A DNA stretch of 64,000 bases from positions 224,001-288,000 of the forward strand of contig CAVTUQ010000025.1 of NCBI GenBank assembly GCA_963737905.1, read 5' to 3'. Both the position numbers and the translations under genes were made by a program. Every line of letters begins with the position of its first letter. Position 1 is the stretch's first letter. Shown piece by piece: positions 49,881 to 60,628 of this stretch. The notes beneath the pieces were generated by a model. It had not been told where the DNA came from, did not search any database, and saw only the letters and a program-made list of their open reading frames with translations. Source of the stretch: an uncultured delta proteobacterium (lineage in GTDB: Bacteria > Desulfobacterota > Binatia > UBA9968).

Positions 49881-50665
49881 TGCTCGAATTCGCGTTTCTT
49901 GAGTTCGCGTATGAAGGCGGAGAGTTTGGGGTCGGCGTTGACGGCTTCGTTGATCTTCGCCTGGAAATCAGCTGCCGCTCTCTCCAGCGGACTGGTATCG
50001 ACTCGGAGGCTCAGCCACTGTGTGAGCCGGAGCAACAGCGCCAACGTTCCTCTCGGATTAGGTGAAACCGCAAGATAGTGGGGCAGGGACGCCCACAAAC
50101 TGGCGTGGGGAACTGCAGCTTTGCGGGAAGCGTCCGCCAGCACGCCGATAATGCCCGTAGGTCCTTGATACCTGGAAGGCATTAAATCTAATTGTTCCAT
50201 CAATTTCGAATCCGTCGAGAAACCTGTCAAAGGCACAGGGCGCGTGTAGAGCACCTCGTCAAGGTAGGCACCCAATGTGACGATCATCTCGACGTGACAT
50301 TCACTGACGAATCGGAGCATTGTTTCAGTGAAAGTTCGCCAGCGCAGCTGCGGCTCGGCGCCGATACCAAGGACAAAATCCTTTTCGACGCCCATCCCCG
50401 AACCGTAATAAAAATCATAGGAGGGCCAGTGGATTTCGCGGAGCTTGCTTTCCGTCAATCGGACGACGGGCCGTTGCACGGAAAAGTCATAGAAATCTTC
50501 CGGGTCGATGCTGGCAAATTTCTTGGCCAGCAGCTGATCCACCAGATAGCGGACCGCCGTGGTGGCGGATGCGCCGGCATCGCTCCAGCCGGAAAAGGCG
50601 AGGAGCAGCACCGGGCTTCGGAGCGATGGACGGCTTTCAAAGGTAAGCGGCTCGCTGGTTACCAT
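49877..50665 (-). CDS. PAC2 (proteasome assembly chaperone) family protein
   Basis: AFSGWSDAG, IDPEDFYDF..RP, EPQLRW, YQGPTGI, LPHY. Confidence 0.85.
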   Translation of the reverse strand: MVTSEPLTFESRPSLRSPVLLLAFSGWSDAGASATTAVRYLVDQLLAKKFASIDPEDFYDFSVQRPVVRLTESKLREIHWPSYDFYYGSGMGVEKDFVLGIGAEPQLRWRTFTETMLRFVSECHVEMIVTLGAYLDEVLYTRPVPLTGFSTDSKLMEQLDLMPSRYQGPTGIIGVLADASRKAAVPHASLWASLPHYLAVSPNPRGTLALLLRLTQWLSLRVDTSPLERAAADFQAKINEAVNADPKLSAFIRELKKREFEQ

Positions 50666-50798
50666 GCAACCAATCTATCACAACTTCACCCGCTCGCTCC
50701 AGCGCTTTTATCAGAGCGACCCGAGGTGTCGGGGCAGAGGGTTACGTTGCGCCTTGTATAACTTCCGGGGCCGGTTTGCTATATTTGACTCTGCCTTT

Positions 50799-53084
50799 AT
50801 GGTTCAAGCACGCGAACATCGGACTCCTATTTTTCAGCAAAACGAGGTCTTGTTCGGCCGTGACAGCACGCCTGGCATAATCGCGTTCGAAATCGAAGGG
50901 GTGGACAAGGTCAGGCTCTTCCGCCGTCAAGACGGCAAGACCGAATCCGATATCGTTCCCTTCCGTCCTTTCATGCTTTTGGCAGGCGATAGTGCTTTGA
51001 AAGACTGGAAGGGAGAGGTGGCGCTCCAAAAGCTGGACGGCAAAGGAGCCTTTGACCATATCGCCCTATTTCCCGACTTGAATCAATTGGAGCAGGCGAA
51101 ATTTCACCTACAGAAAAAAACCGGCAGAGCCTCTTCCGCCTCCGACCTTCCGTATTGGCATTTCAGTGATCCGCTCCAGCAATTTCTGTTGCTCTCCGGA
51201 AAGACGCACTTTTTGGGCATGGCATTCCGAGATCTAAATCGGCTGCAGCTGGGCATCAAAACCTATTGCCAGACGGGATTTGAGTTTCCCAATTCAGCCC
51301 GCCAGTCGGACCGTATCACGGCCATCGCCCTCTCGGATTCAACCGGTTGGGAGCGGTTGATTTCCGGCAAAGAATTCGACGAAGCCGAGATGATTCGAGA
51401 GCTGGTGAAGGAGATCCAGCGGCGCGATCCGGATATCATCGAAGGGCACAACCTTTTTCGTTTCGATCTGGAATACATCGAAGCACGCGCCAAGAGGCAT
51501 AAAGTCGAACTAAAATTCGGTCGGAACGGTTCTCCTGTGAGGAGCCACGCATCTCGCATGCAGGTCGCGGAGCGGACGATCACTTATCGTAAATACGAAA
51601 TCTTTGGCCGGCACGTCATTGATACCTGGATCCTTGCCCAGCACTACGACGTCGCGACTCGTGAGCTGGAGAATGTCGGTTTAAACGAAATTGCCCGCCA
51701 TTTCGGCATCGCCAGCAACCATCGGACCACCATCCCGGCGGAGAAGGCTGGTTGGTATTTCGACCACGACCCCGATATCTTGTTTCGCGATGCCCTTGAC
51801 GACGTCCGCGAAACCCGCGCCCTTTCCGAGCTTCTTTCAACCAGCCACTTCGTTCAAGCGCAGATCTTTCCTTACAGCTTTCAGAATATTCCCCTGCGCG
51901 GGAACGCGACGAAAATCGATGCGCTTTTCCTCCGCGAGTATCTCCACCAAGGCCGTTCGGTACCCCGTCCCGACGAAGGCCGCGAAGTTATCGGCGGCTA
52001 TACGCATATGCAGTACCAAGGAACGGCACGGCGCGTTCTCCACTGCGATGTCACATCGCTGTATCCCTCCATTATGCTGGTCTATGACTACCTGCCGCAG
52101 AAAGATGAGCTGGGCATATTTGCCGGCCTGTTGCGCGATCTGCGCAGGTTTCGGCTCAAAGCCAAAGAACTGGCGCGCGACCTACAGGACGAGGAAAGCA
52201 AGCTCTATTTCAACGCCCTACAATCGACTTTCAAAATCCTGATTAACTCCTTCTACGGCTACCTCGGTTTCCAGATGGGCCATTTCAACGATTTCGAAGC
52301 CGCCAATCAGGTGACGGCCAAGGGTCGAGAGTTGATCCAATCCGCGGTCGCCTGGCTCACGGAAAAGGGGGCGCAGATTATAGAAGTCGATACCGACGGG
52401 ATTTACTTCATCCCGCCGCTAACCGTTAGCACCGCTGCCGAAGAAGAAAAACTCATCGCAAGTCTAAAGGAGACCCTACCTCAAGGCATTGAGTTGGAGC
52501 TGGACGGGCGCTACCCGGCGATGTTTAGCTATAAGATCAAGAATTACGCTCTGTTGGACGAGAAAGGGCGGCTCCTTATCAAAGGTTCGGGCTTGCGCTC
52601 GCGCGGCTTGGAATTGTTTCAGCGCGATTGGCTGGAAGAGATGCTGACTTTGCTTCTCAACGGGGAAAGAGAAAAAGTTCCGGAGCTCTATCAGCGCTAT
52701 CTCGACGATCTCACAAGCCATCGTAGGGACATTGCCTGGCTGGCGAAAACCGAAGCGCTGCAAGATTCCTTGGAAAGCTATCAGACAAAGGTGAAAACAA
52801 AAAAACGGAACGCCGCGGCACCTTACGAACTGGCCTTAAAATCACAGCGGCGGTATCAGCCGGGGGATCAAATTTCCTACTACGTGACCGGAGCCAAAGC
52901 GAAGGTCAAGATCAGCGAAAACTGCAAGCTCACGAGCCAGTGGAATCCGCAGGATCCGGATGAAAACATCGAACATTACAGAGGCAAGTTGAAAGAGCTG
53001 TACGAAAAGTTCAAGCCGTGGATCGAATTTGAGAATTGTCCCAGGCCAAAGGGCGAACTAGACAACGAACCGCTATTACTGTAG
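50799..53084 (+). CDS. Family B DNA polymerase with degenerate 3'-5' exonuclease motifs
   Basis: Polymerase motifs DVTSLYPS, KILINSFYG, DTDG intact; ExoI reads GIKT; ExoIII reads RDALDD; start at ATG 50799. Confidence 0.92.
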   Translation: MVQAREHRTPIFQQNEVLFGRDSTPGIIAFEIEGVDKVRLFRRQDGKTESDIVPFRPFMLLAGDSALKDWKGEVALQKLDGKGAFDHIALFPDLNQLEQAKFHLQKKTGRASSASDLPYWHFSDPLQQFLLLSGKTHFLGMAFRDLNRLQLGIKTYCQTGFEFPNSARQSDRITAIALSDSTGWERLISGKEFDEAEMIRELVKEIQRRDPDIIEGHNLFRFDLEYIEARAKRHKVELKFGRNGSPVRSHASRMQVAERTITYRKYEIFGRHVIDTWILAQHYDVATRELENVGLNEIARHFGIASNHRTTIPAEKAGWYFDHDPDILFRDALDDVRETRALSELLSTSHFVQAQIFPYSFQNIPLRGNATKIDALFLREYLHQGRSVPRPDEGREVIGGYTHMQYQGTARRVLHCDVTSLYPSIMLVYDYLPQKDELGIFAGLLRDLRRFRLKAKELARDLQDEESKLYFNALQSTFKILINSFYGYLGFQMGHFNDFEAANQVTAKGRELIQSAVAWLTEKGAQIIEVDTDGIYFIPPLTVSTAAEEEKLIASLKETLPQGIELELDGRYPAMFSYKIKNYALLDEKGRLLIKGSGLRSRGLELFQRDWLEEMLTLLLNGEREKVPELYQRYLDDLTSHRRDIAWLAKTEALQDSLESYQTKVKTKKRNAAAPYELALKSQRRYQPGDQISYYVTGAKAKVKISENCKLTSQWNPQDPDENIEHYRGKLKELYEKFKPWIEFENCPRPKGELDNEPLLL

Positions 53085-53103
53085 GGGATGGCACGAAAGA
53101 GCT

Positions 53104-53838
53104 ATGACAACCAAAGTCGCTTTGATTACCGGTGGCGCGCGGGGGATCGGTCGTGCCGTGGCGTTGGATCTTGCCGCCCGAGGCTGGTCCGTCGCGATTT
53201 GCTATCGCACCAGCGCCAAGGAGGCGACCGAAGTTATCGACGCCGTCAAGGCGCACGGCGTCCGGGGTTCGGCGCTGCGGTGCGATGTCTCCGATCCCAA
53301 AGCCGCAGTCGAATGGGTCCAGCGAGTGAACAAGGAAATCGGGCGCATCGATGCGCTGATCAACGGCGCCGGTCCCTATCATCGGGTGTCCTTATTGGAC
53401 GAGACCGAAGAAGGTTGGCACTCGATGTTTGACAACAATCTCCACCCGGTTTTTTATCTGAGCAAAGCGGTGATTCCGATAATGAAGGAGCAAAAGTGGG
53501 GACGGATTGTCTGCTTCAGCATGGCCAACGCCGAACAGGTGATTGCGCAACCCCAGCTTACGGCACACTACATCACCAAGGTTGGCTTGTTGGTGCTGAC
53601 CCGCTCCCTGGCTCGCCTGGCGGCGCCCCACGGCATCACGGTCAATGCCATTTCACCCGGCTTTATCGCTTCGGGCAGCGCCCCCAAGGAAGAGCTGGAG
53701 GCAGCGGCTAAACGGATCCCAGCGGGTTATGTGGGAAGCGTAGACGACGCCGCATCGGCGGTTCGTTTCTTGTTATCCGACGAAGCTCGCTACGTCAACG
53801 GCGCGAATATCCAGCTCAGCGGCGCTTGGGGAGTGTAA
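53104..53838 (+). CDS. SDR family oxidoreductase
   Basis: TGGARGIG, YITK (YxxxK), VNAISPG. Confidence 0.9.
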   Translation: MTTKVALITGGARGIGRAVALDLAARGWSVAICYRTSAKEATEVIDAVKAHGVRGSALRCDVSDPKAAVEWVQRVNKEIGRIDALINGAGPYHRVSLLDETEEGWHSMFDNNLHPVFYLSKAVIPIMKEQKWGRIVCFSMANAEQVIAQPQLTAHYITKVGLLVLTRSLARLAAPHGITVNAISPGFIASGSAPKEELEAAAKRIPAGYVGSVDDAASAVRFLLSDEARYVNGANIQLSGAWGV

Positions 53839-53844
53839 CAAAGA

Positions 53845-54330
53845 ATGGCGACCCAGCAAGATTACCACAAGGCCATGGAATTGGTTAAGCGAGCCATGGA
53901 CCATCAGATGGCTGGAGAGCTGGAGGACTCGATTCGGCTGTATAAGGAATCCATCGCTCTTTGTCCAACCGCGGACGCTCACACCTATTTGGGTTGGGCC
54001 TATAGTTTTCAGGGCAGAACCGACGAGGCCATCGCACAGTGCGAGATCGCGATTCGGATCGACCCGGAGTTTGGCAATCCCTACAACGATATCGGTGTCT
54101 ACCTGATGCAGCAGCAAAAATTAGATGAAGCGATTCCCTGGCTCGAAAAGGCAAAACAGGCCCGGCGTTACGAACCGCGCCACTTTCCCTATATCAATCT
54201 GGGTCGGGTTTACCTGACCCAAGGGATGATTCAAAAAGCTCTGGAAGAGTTTCGCGGTGCCCTGCGGTTAAATCCAGATGATGCGGATCTGGCCCAAACG
54301 ATCGAGGAACTGGAAACCAAGCTGCAATGA
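53845..54330 (+). CDS. TPR protein
   Basis: AHTYLGW, NPYNDIG, PYINLGRVY repeats. Confidence 0.88.
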   Translation: MATQQDYHKAMELVKRAMDHQMAGELEDSIRLYKESIALCPTADAHTYLGWAYSFQGRTDEAIAQCEIAIRIDPEFGNPYNDIGVYLMQQQKLDEAIPWLEKAKQARRYEPRHFPYINLGRVYLTQGMIQKALEEFRGALRLNPDDADLAQTIEELETKLQ

Positions 54331-54361
54331 AAGCAACAGACGTGACCTTCACTCACGCCGG

Positions 54362-55636
54362 CTATCCGGCCAATTCCACCAAAACAGCACCAAAGATTCC
54401 GACGGCGATATCCACTTCGTCCCGTTTAACGATCAAAGGTGGGCAGAAACGAATCGTGCTCTCGCCGCAGCTGAGTAGCAACAAGCCCTGGTCAAAACTT
54501 TTGTGCATGACCTGATCGCGAAACTTGGCATCGGGCTTCCCGTCGCTCTGTGCAAACTCGACTCCGATCATGAGCCCTAGTCCGCGCACATCGCTGATGC
54601 GTGGATGCAAGCTTCTTAACCTCGTTAGGCGCTGTTTAAGATAGTTTCCGACCTCGGCGGCGTTTTTGATTAACTCATCTTCCATGAGACTGATGGTGGC
54701 CAGCGCCGCGGCGCAGGCCACCGGATTCCCGCCGAAGGTCGAGCCGTGAGTGCCGCGTGTCCACATGCTAATTTCCGGCCGCGCAATCATCGCCCCCAGC
54801 GGCATACCGCTGGCAATGCCCTTGGCAACACAAAGAATATCAGGCTCGACCCCCCAATGCTCGCAGGCAAACATCTTGCCCGTGCGGCCAAATCCCGATT
54901 GAATCTCGTCCACGACCAAGAGAATGCCGTGACGTTGGCACAGCTCTTTTAGCGTGGGCAGAAATCCCTGGGACGGGACGATATAACCACCTTCCCCTTG
55001 AATCGGCTCGACGAAAATTGCCGCCACTTCTGTCGGAGTTACTTCGTGGCGGAAGAGAACGTTCTCCAGATAACTCAAACCCTCGATGCCGTACGGAACG
55101 TGATGGACGCCGGGAATCAGCGGCGAGAAATGCGCGCGATGTGAGGAACGGCTCGCCGTCAGCGAGAGCGCGCCCAAGGTACGGCCGTGAAAAGCGCCAT
55201 GAAAAGCGATGGCATGTTGGCGCTTCGTCGCGAAGCGCGCCAGTTTGAAGGCGGCTTCAATCGTCTCCGTGCCGGAATTTGTGAGAAACACCTTTTTTGG
55301 CGACCCGCCCGGTGCAATGCGGCTCAGTTTCTCGGCCAGCTCGGCCATGGGCTCGTAGTAAAAATCGCTGCCGCAGATGTGCAGAAATTTGCGCGCCTGC
55401 TCCTCGATGGCTTTGACCACGCGCGGATGCGAGTGACCCGTACTGGCAACGGCGATTCCCGCCATGAAATCGAGAAATAGATTCCCGTCCACGTCCTCGA
55501 TCACCATGCCTCTTCCCTCTTTCACGACCAGCGGATAGACACGCCCGTAGGCCGGCGCCGTATAACGCTGATCTTTCTCCACGATGGCTTTGGCCTTCGG
55601 ACCCGGCGGTGTAATTTTGATGTCAGGTACTTTCAT
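54362..55636 (-). CDS. Class III aminotransferase (4-aminobutyrate/acetylornithine type)
   Basis: [32 protein letters not shown]. Confidence 0.92.
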   Translation of the reverse strand: MKVPDIKITPPGPKAKAIVEKDQRYTAPAYGRVYPLVVKEGRGMVIEDVDGNLFLDFMAGIAVASTGHSHPRVVKAIEEQARKFLHICGSDFYYEPMAELAEKLSRIAPGGSPKKVFLTNSGTETIEAAFKLARFATKRQHAIAFHGAFHGRTLGALSLTASRSSHRAHFSPLIPGVHHVPYGIEGLSYLENVLFRHEVTPTEVAAIFVEPIQGEGGYIVPSQGFLPTLKELCQRHGILLVVDEIQSGFGRTGKMFACEHWGVEPDILCVAKGIASGMPLGAMIARPEISMWTRGTHGSTFGGNPVACAAALATISLMEDELIKNAAEVGNYLKQRLTRLRSLHPRISDVRGLGLMIGVEFAQSDGKPDAKFRDQVMHKSFDQGLLLLSCGESTIRFCPPLIVKRDEVDIAVGIFGAVLVELAG

Positions 55637-55646
55637 TTACTCTCCT

Positions 55647-55721
55647 GTTTCGAGTCTCGCGTTCCGGGTTTAGATCGGCCTCTACACGGAACCCCGAGAC
55701 TTGAAACCCGAAACTCGAAAC
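55647..55721. repeat. Heptamer-like short repeats forming an intergenic hairpin
   Basis: gtttcgagtctcg 55647-59 pairs with cgagacttgaaac 55695-707; gaaac units recur every 7 nt to 55721. Confidence 0.65.
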
Positions 55722-57212
55722 TCACTCGACGTTGTCGATCTGTGCCTTTTGCAGCTTTCCGGAGTAGTCGACGTAAATCGATTTCCACTCGCTAAAAATG
55801 TCGTACACGGTTGTGCCGGCCTCACGGTGGCCATTGCCGGTATCTTTCACGCCGCCGAAGGGGAGATGAACTTCGGCACCGATCGTAGGTCCGTTGATAT
55901 AAGTGATTCCGGCTTCGATATCCCGCATGGCGCGGAAAGACCGCTCCACATCACGCGTGTAGATGGAGCTGGAAAGACCGTAGGTCGTCCCGTTGATAAC
56001 TTCGATAGCCTCGTCGAAGCTCTTCACCTCGATAATCGAGAGCACGGGGCCAAAGATTTCTTCCTGCGCAATCCGCATCGACGGAGCCACCTGATCAAAG
56101 ATCGTCGGCCGGTAGAAATAACCATCGATCCATTTTCCCTCTTCATAGATCGATCCGCCGATGAGTAGCCGGGCGTCTTCTGACCTGCCGATTTGCACAT
56201 ATCGGTGGACCTTTTCCCGGGCCGCCGGGTTAATGAGCGGCCCCATTTCGACGCTCTCGTCGAGTCCGTCGCCGATCTTGATCTTCTCGGCGCGTGCCAC
56301 GAGCATGTCGGTTAGCTCTTTTTTGATATCGCGATGAAGGATCAAACGGCTGGTCGCGGTGCAGCGCTGCCCGGAGGTGCCGAAGGCTCCCCACAGCGCT
56401 CCCTCCAAGGCGAGGCTTAAATCAGCATCGTCCATCACGATCTGAGCATTTTTACCGCCCAGCTCCAGAGAGACCCGTTTGAGTTGCTGGCCGCAGACCG
56501 ATGCGATCTCCCGCCCCACCACCGCGGAGCCGGTAAAAGACACGAGCTTCACGTCCGGATGGCGCACCAGCGCCGCCCCGACTTCCTCTCCCCGACCATG
56601 AACCAAGTTAACCACTCCCCGCGGCACACCCGCTTCCGCCAAAATTTCAAACAATTTAACCGCAGTGTAGGGCGTATCTTCCGCGGGCTTGAGCACCACC
56701 GTGTTGCCACAGAGGAGCGCTGGAAACAATTTCCACGTGGGGATCGCCATGGGGAAGTTCCAGGGAGTAATCAAGACGCAAACCCCGACAGGCAAGCGTA
56801 CGGACATAGCGAATTTGTCCGGCAGTTCCGAAGGAGTGGTCTCGCCGAAAAGTCGTCGCCCCTCGCCGGCAACGTAAAAGGCGGTGTCAATTCCTTCCTG
56901 GACGTCGCCGCGCGTTTCTTTCAAGATTTTGCCCATCTCCCGGGTCATACCGCGAGCGATCTCTTCCTTATGGCGGTGCAAAAGCTCGCCCACCCGATAG
57001 AGAATCTCTCCCCTTTTTGGCGCCGGCACGAGGCGCCAGCGCGTAAAGGCTTTTTTCGCGGCCTGAACTGCTGCGTTTACATCCTCCAGGTTAGAGGCTG
57101 GAAATAGACCGATCAAATCGTGACGATTCGCCGGATTGCGGTTTTCAAAGGTCTTCCCCGACTCGGCGTCGACCCATGCCCCGTCGATATAATTCTTGAA
57201 GACCTGCGCCAT
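55722..57212 (-). CDS. Aldehyde dehydrogenase
   Basis: [28 protein letters not shown]; start at ATG 57212. Confidence 0.95.
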   Translation of the reverse strand: MAQVFKNYIDGAWVDAESGKTFENRNPANRHDLIGLFPASNLEDVNAAVQAAKKAFTRWRLVPAPKRGEILYRVGELLHRHKEEIARGMTREMGKILKETRGDVQEGIDTAFYVAGEGRRLFGETTPSELPDKFAMSVRLPVGVCVLITPWNFPMAIPTWKLFPALLCGNTVVLKPAEDTPYTAVKLFEILAEAGVPRGVVNLVHGRGEEVGAALVRHPDVKLVSFTGSAVVGREIASVCGQQLKRVSLELGGKNAQIVMDDADLSLALEGALWGAFGTSGQRCTATSRLILHRDIKKELTDMLVARAEKIKIGDGLDESVEMGPLINPAAREKVHRYVQIGRSEDARLLIGGSIYEEGKWIDGYFYRPTIFDQVAPSMRIAQEEIFGPVLSIIEVKSFDEAIEVINGTTYGLSSSIYTRDVERSFRAMRDIEAGITYINGPTIGAEVHLPFGGVKDTGNGHREAGTTVYDIFSEWKSIYVDYSGKLQKAQIDNVE

Positions 57213-57473
57213 GGTCAAACCTCCCTTCGGCGCCTGCCGGGCGCCGGCAATGACATTCCATCTCATTTTTTGTAACGAACCGCAGTTTATTCTAAAGCCG
57301 GCCGGTGATGAACACAATCTTCAACGTGATCTCAAGCAGATCGTTTGTGCCGTCAGCGGATGCGAAATCTCGTTGATTTTTCAAATCCAATCAGATAGCC
57401 TCTGCCAACTTTAAGCCGCCAAGCAGGGCACCGCCTGGACATGCTTGTGCGACACAAGAGGAGAGGTCCTACG

Positions 57474-58499
57474 ATGGGCAAAAGATTTTCACGGTTGGCT
57501 CTAGCCTTGCTGATCGGTTTGGCGCAGGCTACTGCGGCATTTGCAGATGATTTCTATAAGGACAAGACCATAAGGATCGTTGTCGGTTTTTCAGCCGGCG
57601 GAGGGTTCGACACTTATGCTCGCGCGATCGCGCGCCATATGGGAAAACACATTCCCGGCGCGCCAGCCATCGTCGTGGAGAACATGACTGGGGCAGGCAG
57701 TCTGATAGCAGCGAATCACGTATACAAGGTCGCCAAACCCGATGGTCTCACCATCGGTCACTTCATCGGCGGATTGTTCCTCGGGCAGGTTCTTGGCCAA
57801 AAGGGAATCGAATTCGACGCCCGCAAATTCGAGTTCATTGGCGCGCCCATCACCGACCACGTCGTCTGTGCGCTGACCAAAGCCAGCGGTATAACGAGTG
57901 TGGAAAAATGGATGGCATCGAAGACGCCGGTAAAGATGGGCGGGATCGCTCCCGGCACCTCGACTCCGGATAACGCGACGCGGATCTTTAAAGTAGCATT
58001 GGGTCTGCCGATCCAGCTTGTTACCGGTTATAAAGGCACCGCCGACGTTAGGTTGGCTGCGGAGAGTGGTGAGATCGCCGGTGGCTGTTGGGGCTGGGAT
58101 TCCGTAAGTGTCACCTGGCGCAAAGCCCTGGACAGCGGTGATGCCATCGTCGTTTTGCAGGCCAATCGCAAAACCCATCCTGACCTGCCTCAGGTTCCCC
58201 AGGCAATCAAGCTGGCGAAGACCGAGGAGGGAAGAAAAATGATCGAAGTAGGAATCCACAGTGACAGTGACATCGTTCGTGCCTATACGCTCCCACCGGG
58301 AACCCCGAAAGATCGGGTTCAGTTGTTACGCCAAGCCTTCGAGTCGACGCTCAAGGATCCTGAGTTCATGGCCGACGCGAAAAAATCAAAACTCAATGTC
58401 GATCCGGTACCCGCCGATGTCATCGAGAAGGACATCTCGGCCCTGTTCAAGCTCGACCCGGCAATAGTGGGCAAACTCAAGGACATTCTTTATAACTAG
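57474..58499 (+). CDS. Tripartite tricarboxylate transporter substrate-binding protein (TctC/Bug)
   Basis: GGGFDTYAR, VENMTGAG, PDGLT, GYKG; signal peptide. Confidence 0.88.
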   Translation: MGKRFSRLALALLIGLAQATAAFADDFYKDKTIRIVVGFSAGGGFDTYARAIARHMGKHIPGAPAIVVENMTGAGSLIAANHVYKVAKPDGLTIGHFIGGLFLGQVLGQKGIEFDARKFEFIGAPITDHVVCALTKASGITSVEKWMASKTPVKMGGIAPGTSTPDNATRIFKVALGLPIQLVTGYKGTADVRLAAESGEIAGGCWGWDSVSVTWRKALDSGDAIVVLQANRKTHPDLPQVPQAIKLAKTEEGRKMIEVGIHSDSDIVRAYTLPPGTPKDRVQLLRQAFESTLKDPEFMADAKKSKLNVDPVPADVIEKDISALFKLDPAIVGKLKDILYN

Positions 58500-58568
58500 T
58501 CGATCTATCACGCACGGTAAATTTTGTTCCTACAGAATCCCGCCGCCCTAGGGAGGATCTAGGTCGCC

Positions 58569-60584
58569 ATGCTGGAAATGCTTAACGCGCTGATCTCCGG
58601 CTTCTACCAGGTTTTTACCTGGTCTACCTTTAGTCTGATGTGCATAGGCATTGTCGTGGGTTTCTGGGTGGGGATTTTGCCCGGCCTAGGAGGACCAACA
58701 ACATTGGCGCTGATGCTTCCGTTCATCTTTAAGATGTCCCCGGTCGAAGCCTTTGCGTTCCTTCTAGGCATGTCGGCGGTGACCAACACGACTGGAGACA
58801 TTACCTCTATCCTTTTCGGTGTCCCGGGTGAGCCAACTACGGCAGCCACCATTGTTGATGGCCATCCCATGGCTAAGAAGGGAGAAGCGGGTCGCGCGTT
58901 GGGAGCGGCGCTCATGAGTTCTCTGGTGGGTGCGATCTTTGGCGCCGTTGCCATGGCTATCTGTATCCCCATCGTTCGTCCTTTGGTCCTCACATTTGGC
59001 TCGCCGGAATTCTTTATGATCGGCGTGCTGGGAGTGACTTTTGTGGTCTCGCTGAGCGGCGGAAACCTGGTCAAAGGCCTCGTCTCAGGAGGGATAGGTT
59101 TTTGTTTGGCTATGATAGGGCTTGACCCTATTTCAGGAATCCAGCGCTACACCTTCGGCCAGCTTTTTCTTTGGGACGGAATCGGCCTAGTGCCTATAAC
59201 CGTGGGGCTCTTTGCAATTCCCGAGGTCATCGATCTGGCAATAGAGGGCGGAAGCATTGCCAAAGAGAGTATAGGCAAACTGGGTGGAGTGATGGAAGGC
59301 GTCAAGGATACCTTTCGCCACTTTTGGCTGGTTATCCGTTGCAGCGCCTTAGGCGCCTATGTCGGCCTCATCCCTGGAATGGGCGGAGGCGTGGGTCAGT
59401 GGGTTGCTTACGCCCACGCGGTGCAGAGCTCTCCGAACAAAGAAAGATTCGGTAAAGGCGCGGTGGAGGGAGTCCTGGGACCGGGAGCAGCTAACAACTC
59501 CGTTCTGGGGGGCGCATTCATCCCTACCATCGCATTCGGTGTCCCCGGTAGTGTCGTTATGGCGATTCTCCTGGGAGCATTTATCATCCAGGGAATAGTG
59601 CCTGGACCGGACATGCTTCTCCCTCCCCCAAAAGGTAAACTCGACCTTACTTTCTCCTTTGTTTGGATCATCGTTATTTCCAATCTGATCACTGTGGGGA
59701 TTTGTTTTCTGTTTCTAAACCAACTGGCAAAGATCACCCAAATCCGGGGTAGCCTGATAATTCCGTTCATCCTCCTGCTTATCTATCTCGGAGGCTTCGC
59801 CGAAAAAAATGCTTCTGAAGATATGTTGATTGTGCTCGCCTTTGGCGCGCTCGGGTGGGCGATGGTAAAGCTCGATTGGCAAAGGCCCCCCTTACTTCTC
59901 GGCCTCGTATTGGGCCCATTAATGGAAAACAGGCTTTTTCTTGCCACCGACAACTATGGGAAAGCCTGGCTCTGGCGTCCGGGTGTGCTTATTCTTTTCA
60001 CCCTGACGCTCGTCGGTATCTTTTATCCTCTGATTAAACAGAGATGGCAGAAAAAAAAGATCGCGGAGAGCATCGTGCCAATCCAGGCTCCGGCAACCGA
60101 GATCGAGAAGGGAACGGTAAGGTTTTGGGACGTAATATTTACCCTCTTTATTATCATCGTTCTTGCCGGTGCGTTGTGGCAGAGTAAAGATTTTGGGTAC
60201 CGTGCCGGCCTCTTTCCCTGGGTGATCGGCTTTCCGGTTTTAGCCATGGCCATCGCTCAGTTAGGTTTAGAGTTGACGGGTAGGACAAAAAGAACCGTAA
60301 CCGGCGAGGGCGACATAGGGGCGGATCTACCGAAGGACGTGGTTTACAACCGCACCGCAAGCATCGTCGGCTGGATCTTGGGCGTTTTAATACTGATATG
60401 GCTTCTCGGCTTCTCCCTTGCTGTACCGGTGACAATGGTTTTATATCTTAAACTCACCGGTCGAGAAAAATGGCCGATCACAATTATACTCACTCTCATT
60501 ACCTGGGGCTTTTTCTACGGGCTGTTCGAGTATAGCCTGAGCATCCCCTTCCCGGAGGGGCAACTCTTTCAATGGCTGGGATGA
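58569..60584 (+). CDS. TctA permease fused to a TctB-like domain
   Basis: GILPGLG, GVPGEP, DGHPMA, AANNS, GIVPGP, then four extra TM segments ending LSIPFPEG. Confidence 0.85.
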   Translation: MLEMLNALISGFYQVFTWSTFSLMCIGIVVGFWVGILPGLGGPTTLALMLPFIFKMSPVEAFAFLLGMSAVTNTTGDITSILFGVPGEPTTAATIVDGHPMAKKGEAGRALGAALMSSLVGAIFGAVAMAICIPIVRPLVLTFGSPEFFMIGVLGVTFVVSLSGGNLVKGLVSGGIGFCLAMIGLDPISGIQRYTFGQLFLWDGIGLVPITVGLFAIPEVIDLAIEGGSIAKESIGKLGGVMEGVKDTFRHFWLVIRCSALGAYVGLIPGMGGGVGQWVAYAHAVQSSPNKERFGKGAVEGVLGPGAANNSVLGGAFIPTIAFGVPGSVVMAILLGAFIIQGIVPGPDMLLPPPKGKLDLTFSFVWIIVISNLITVGICFLFLNQLAKITQIRGSLIIPFILLLIYLGGFAEKNASEDMLIVLAFGALGWAMVKLDWQRPPLLLGLVLGPLMENRLFLATDNYGKAWLWRPGVLILFTLTLVGIFYPLIKQRWQKKKIAESIVPIQAPATEIEKGTVRFWDVIFTLFIIIVLAGALWQSKDFGYRAGLFPWVIGFPVLAMAIAQLGLELTGRTKRTVTGEGDIGADLPKDVVYNRTASIVGWILGVLILIWLLGFSLAVPVTMVLYLKLTGREKWPITIILTLITWGFFYGLFEYSLSIPFPEGQLFQWLG

Positions 60585-60628
60585 GCGCTCCGGACTTCGT
60601 TTCCCGTTGCGCTATCATTCTGTTTACT

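Noticed and set aside
50559-50798. 841-aa PolB with long N-terminal extension
   Set aside because: It overlaps the divergent PAC2 gene; ATG 50799 is more plausible.
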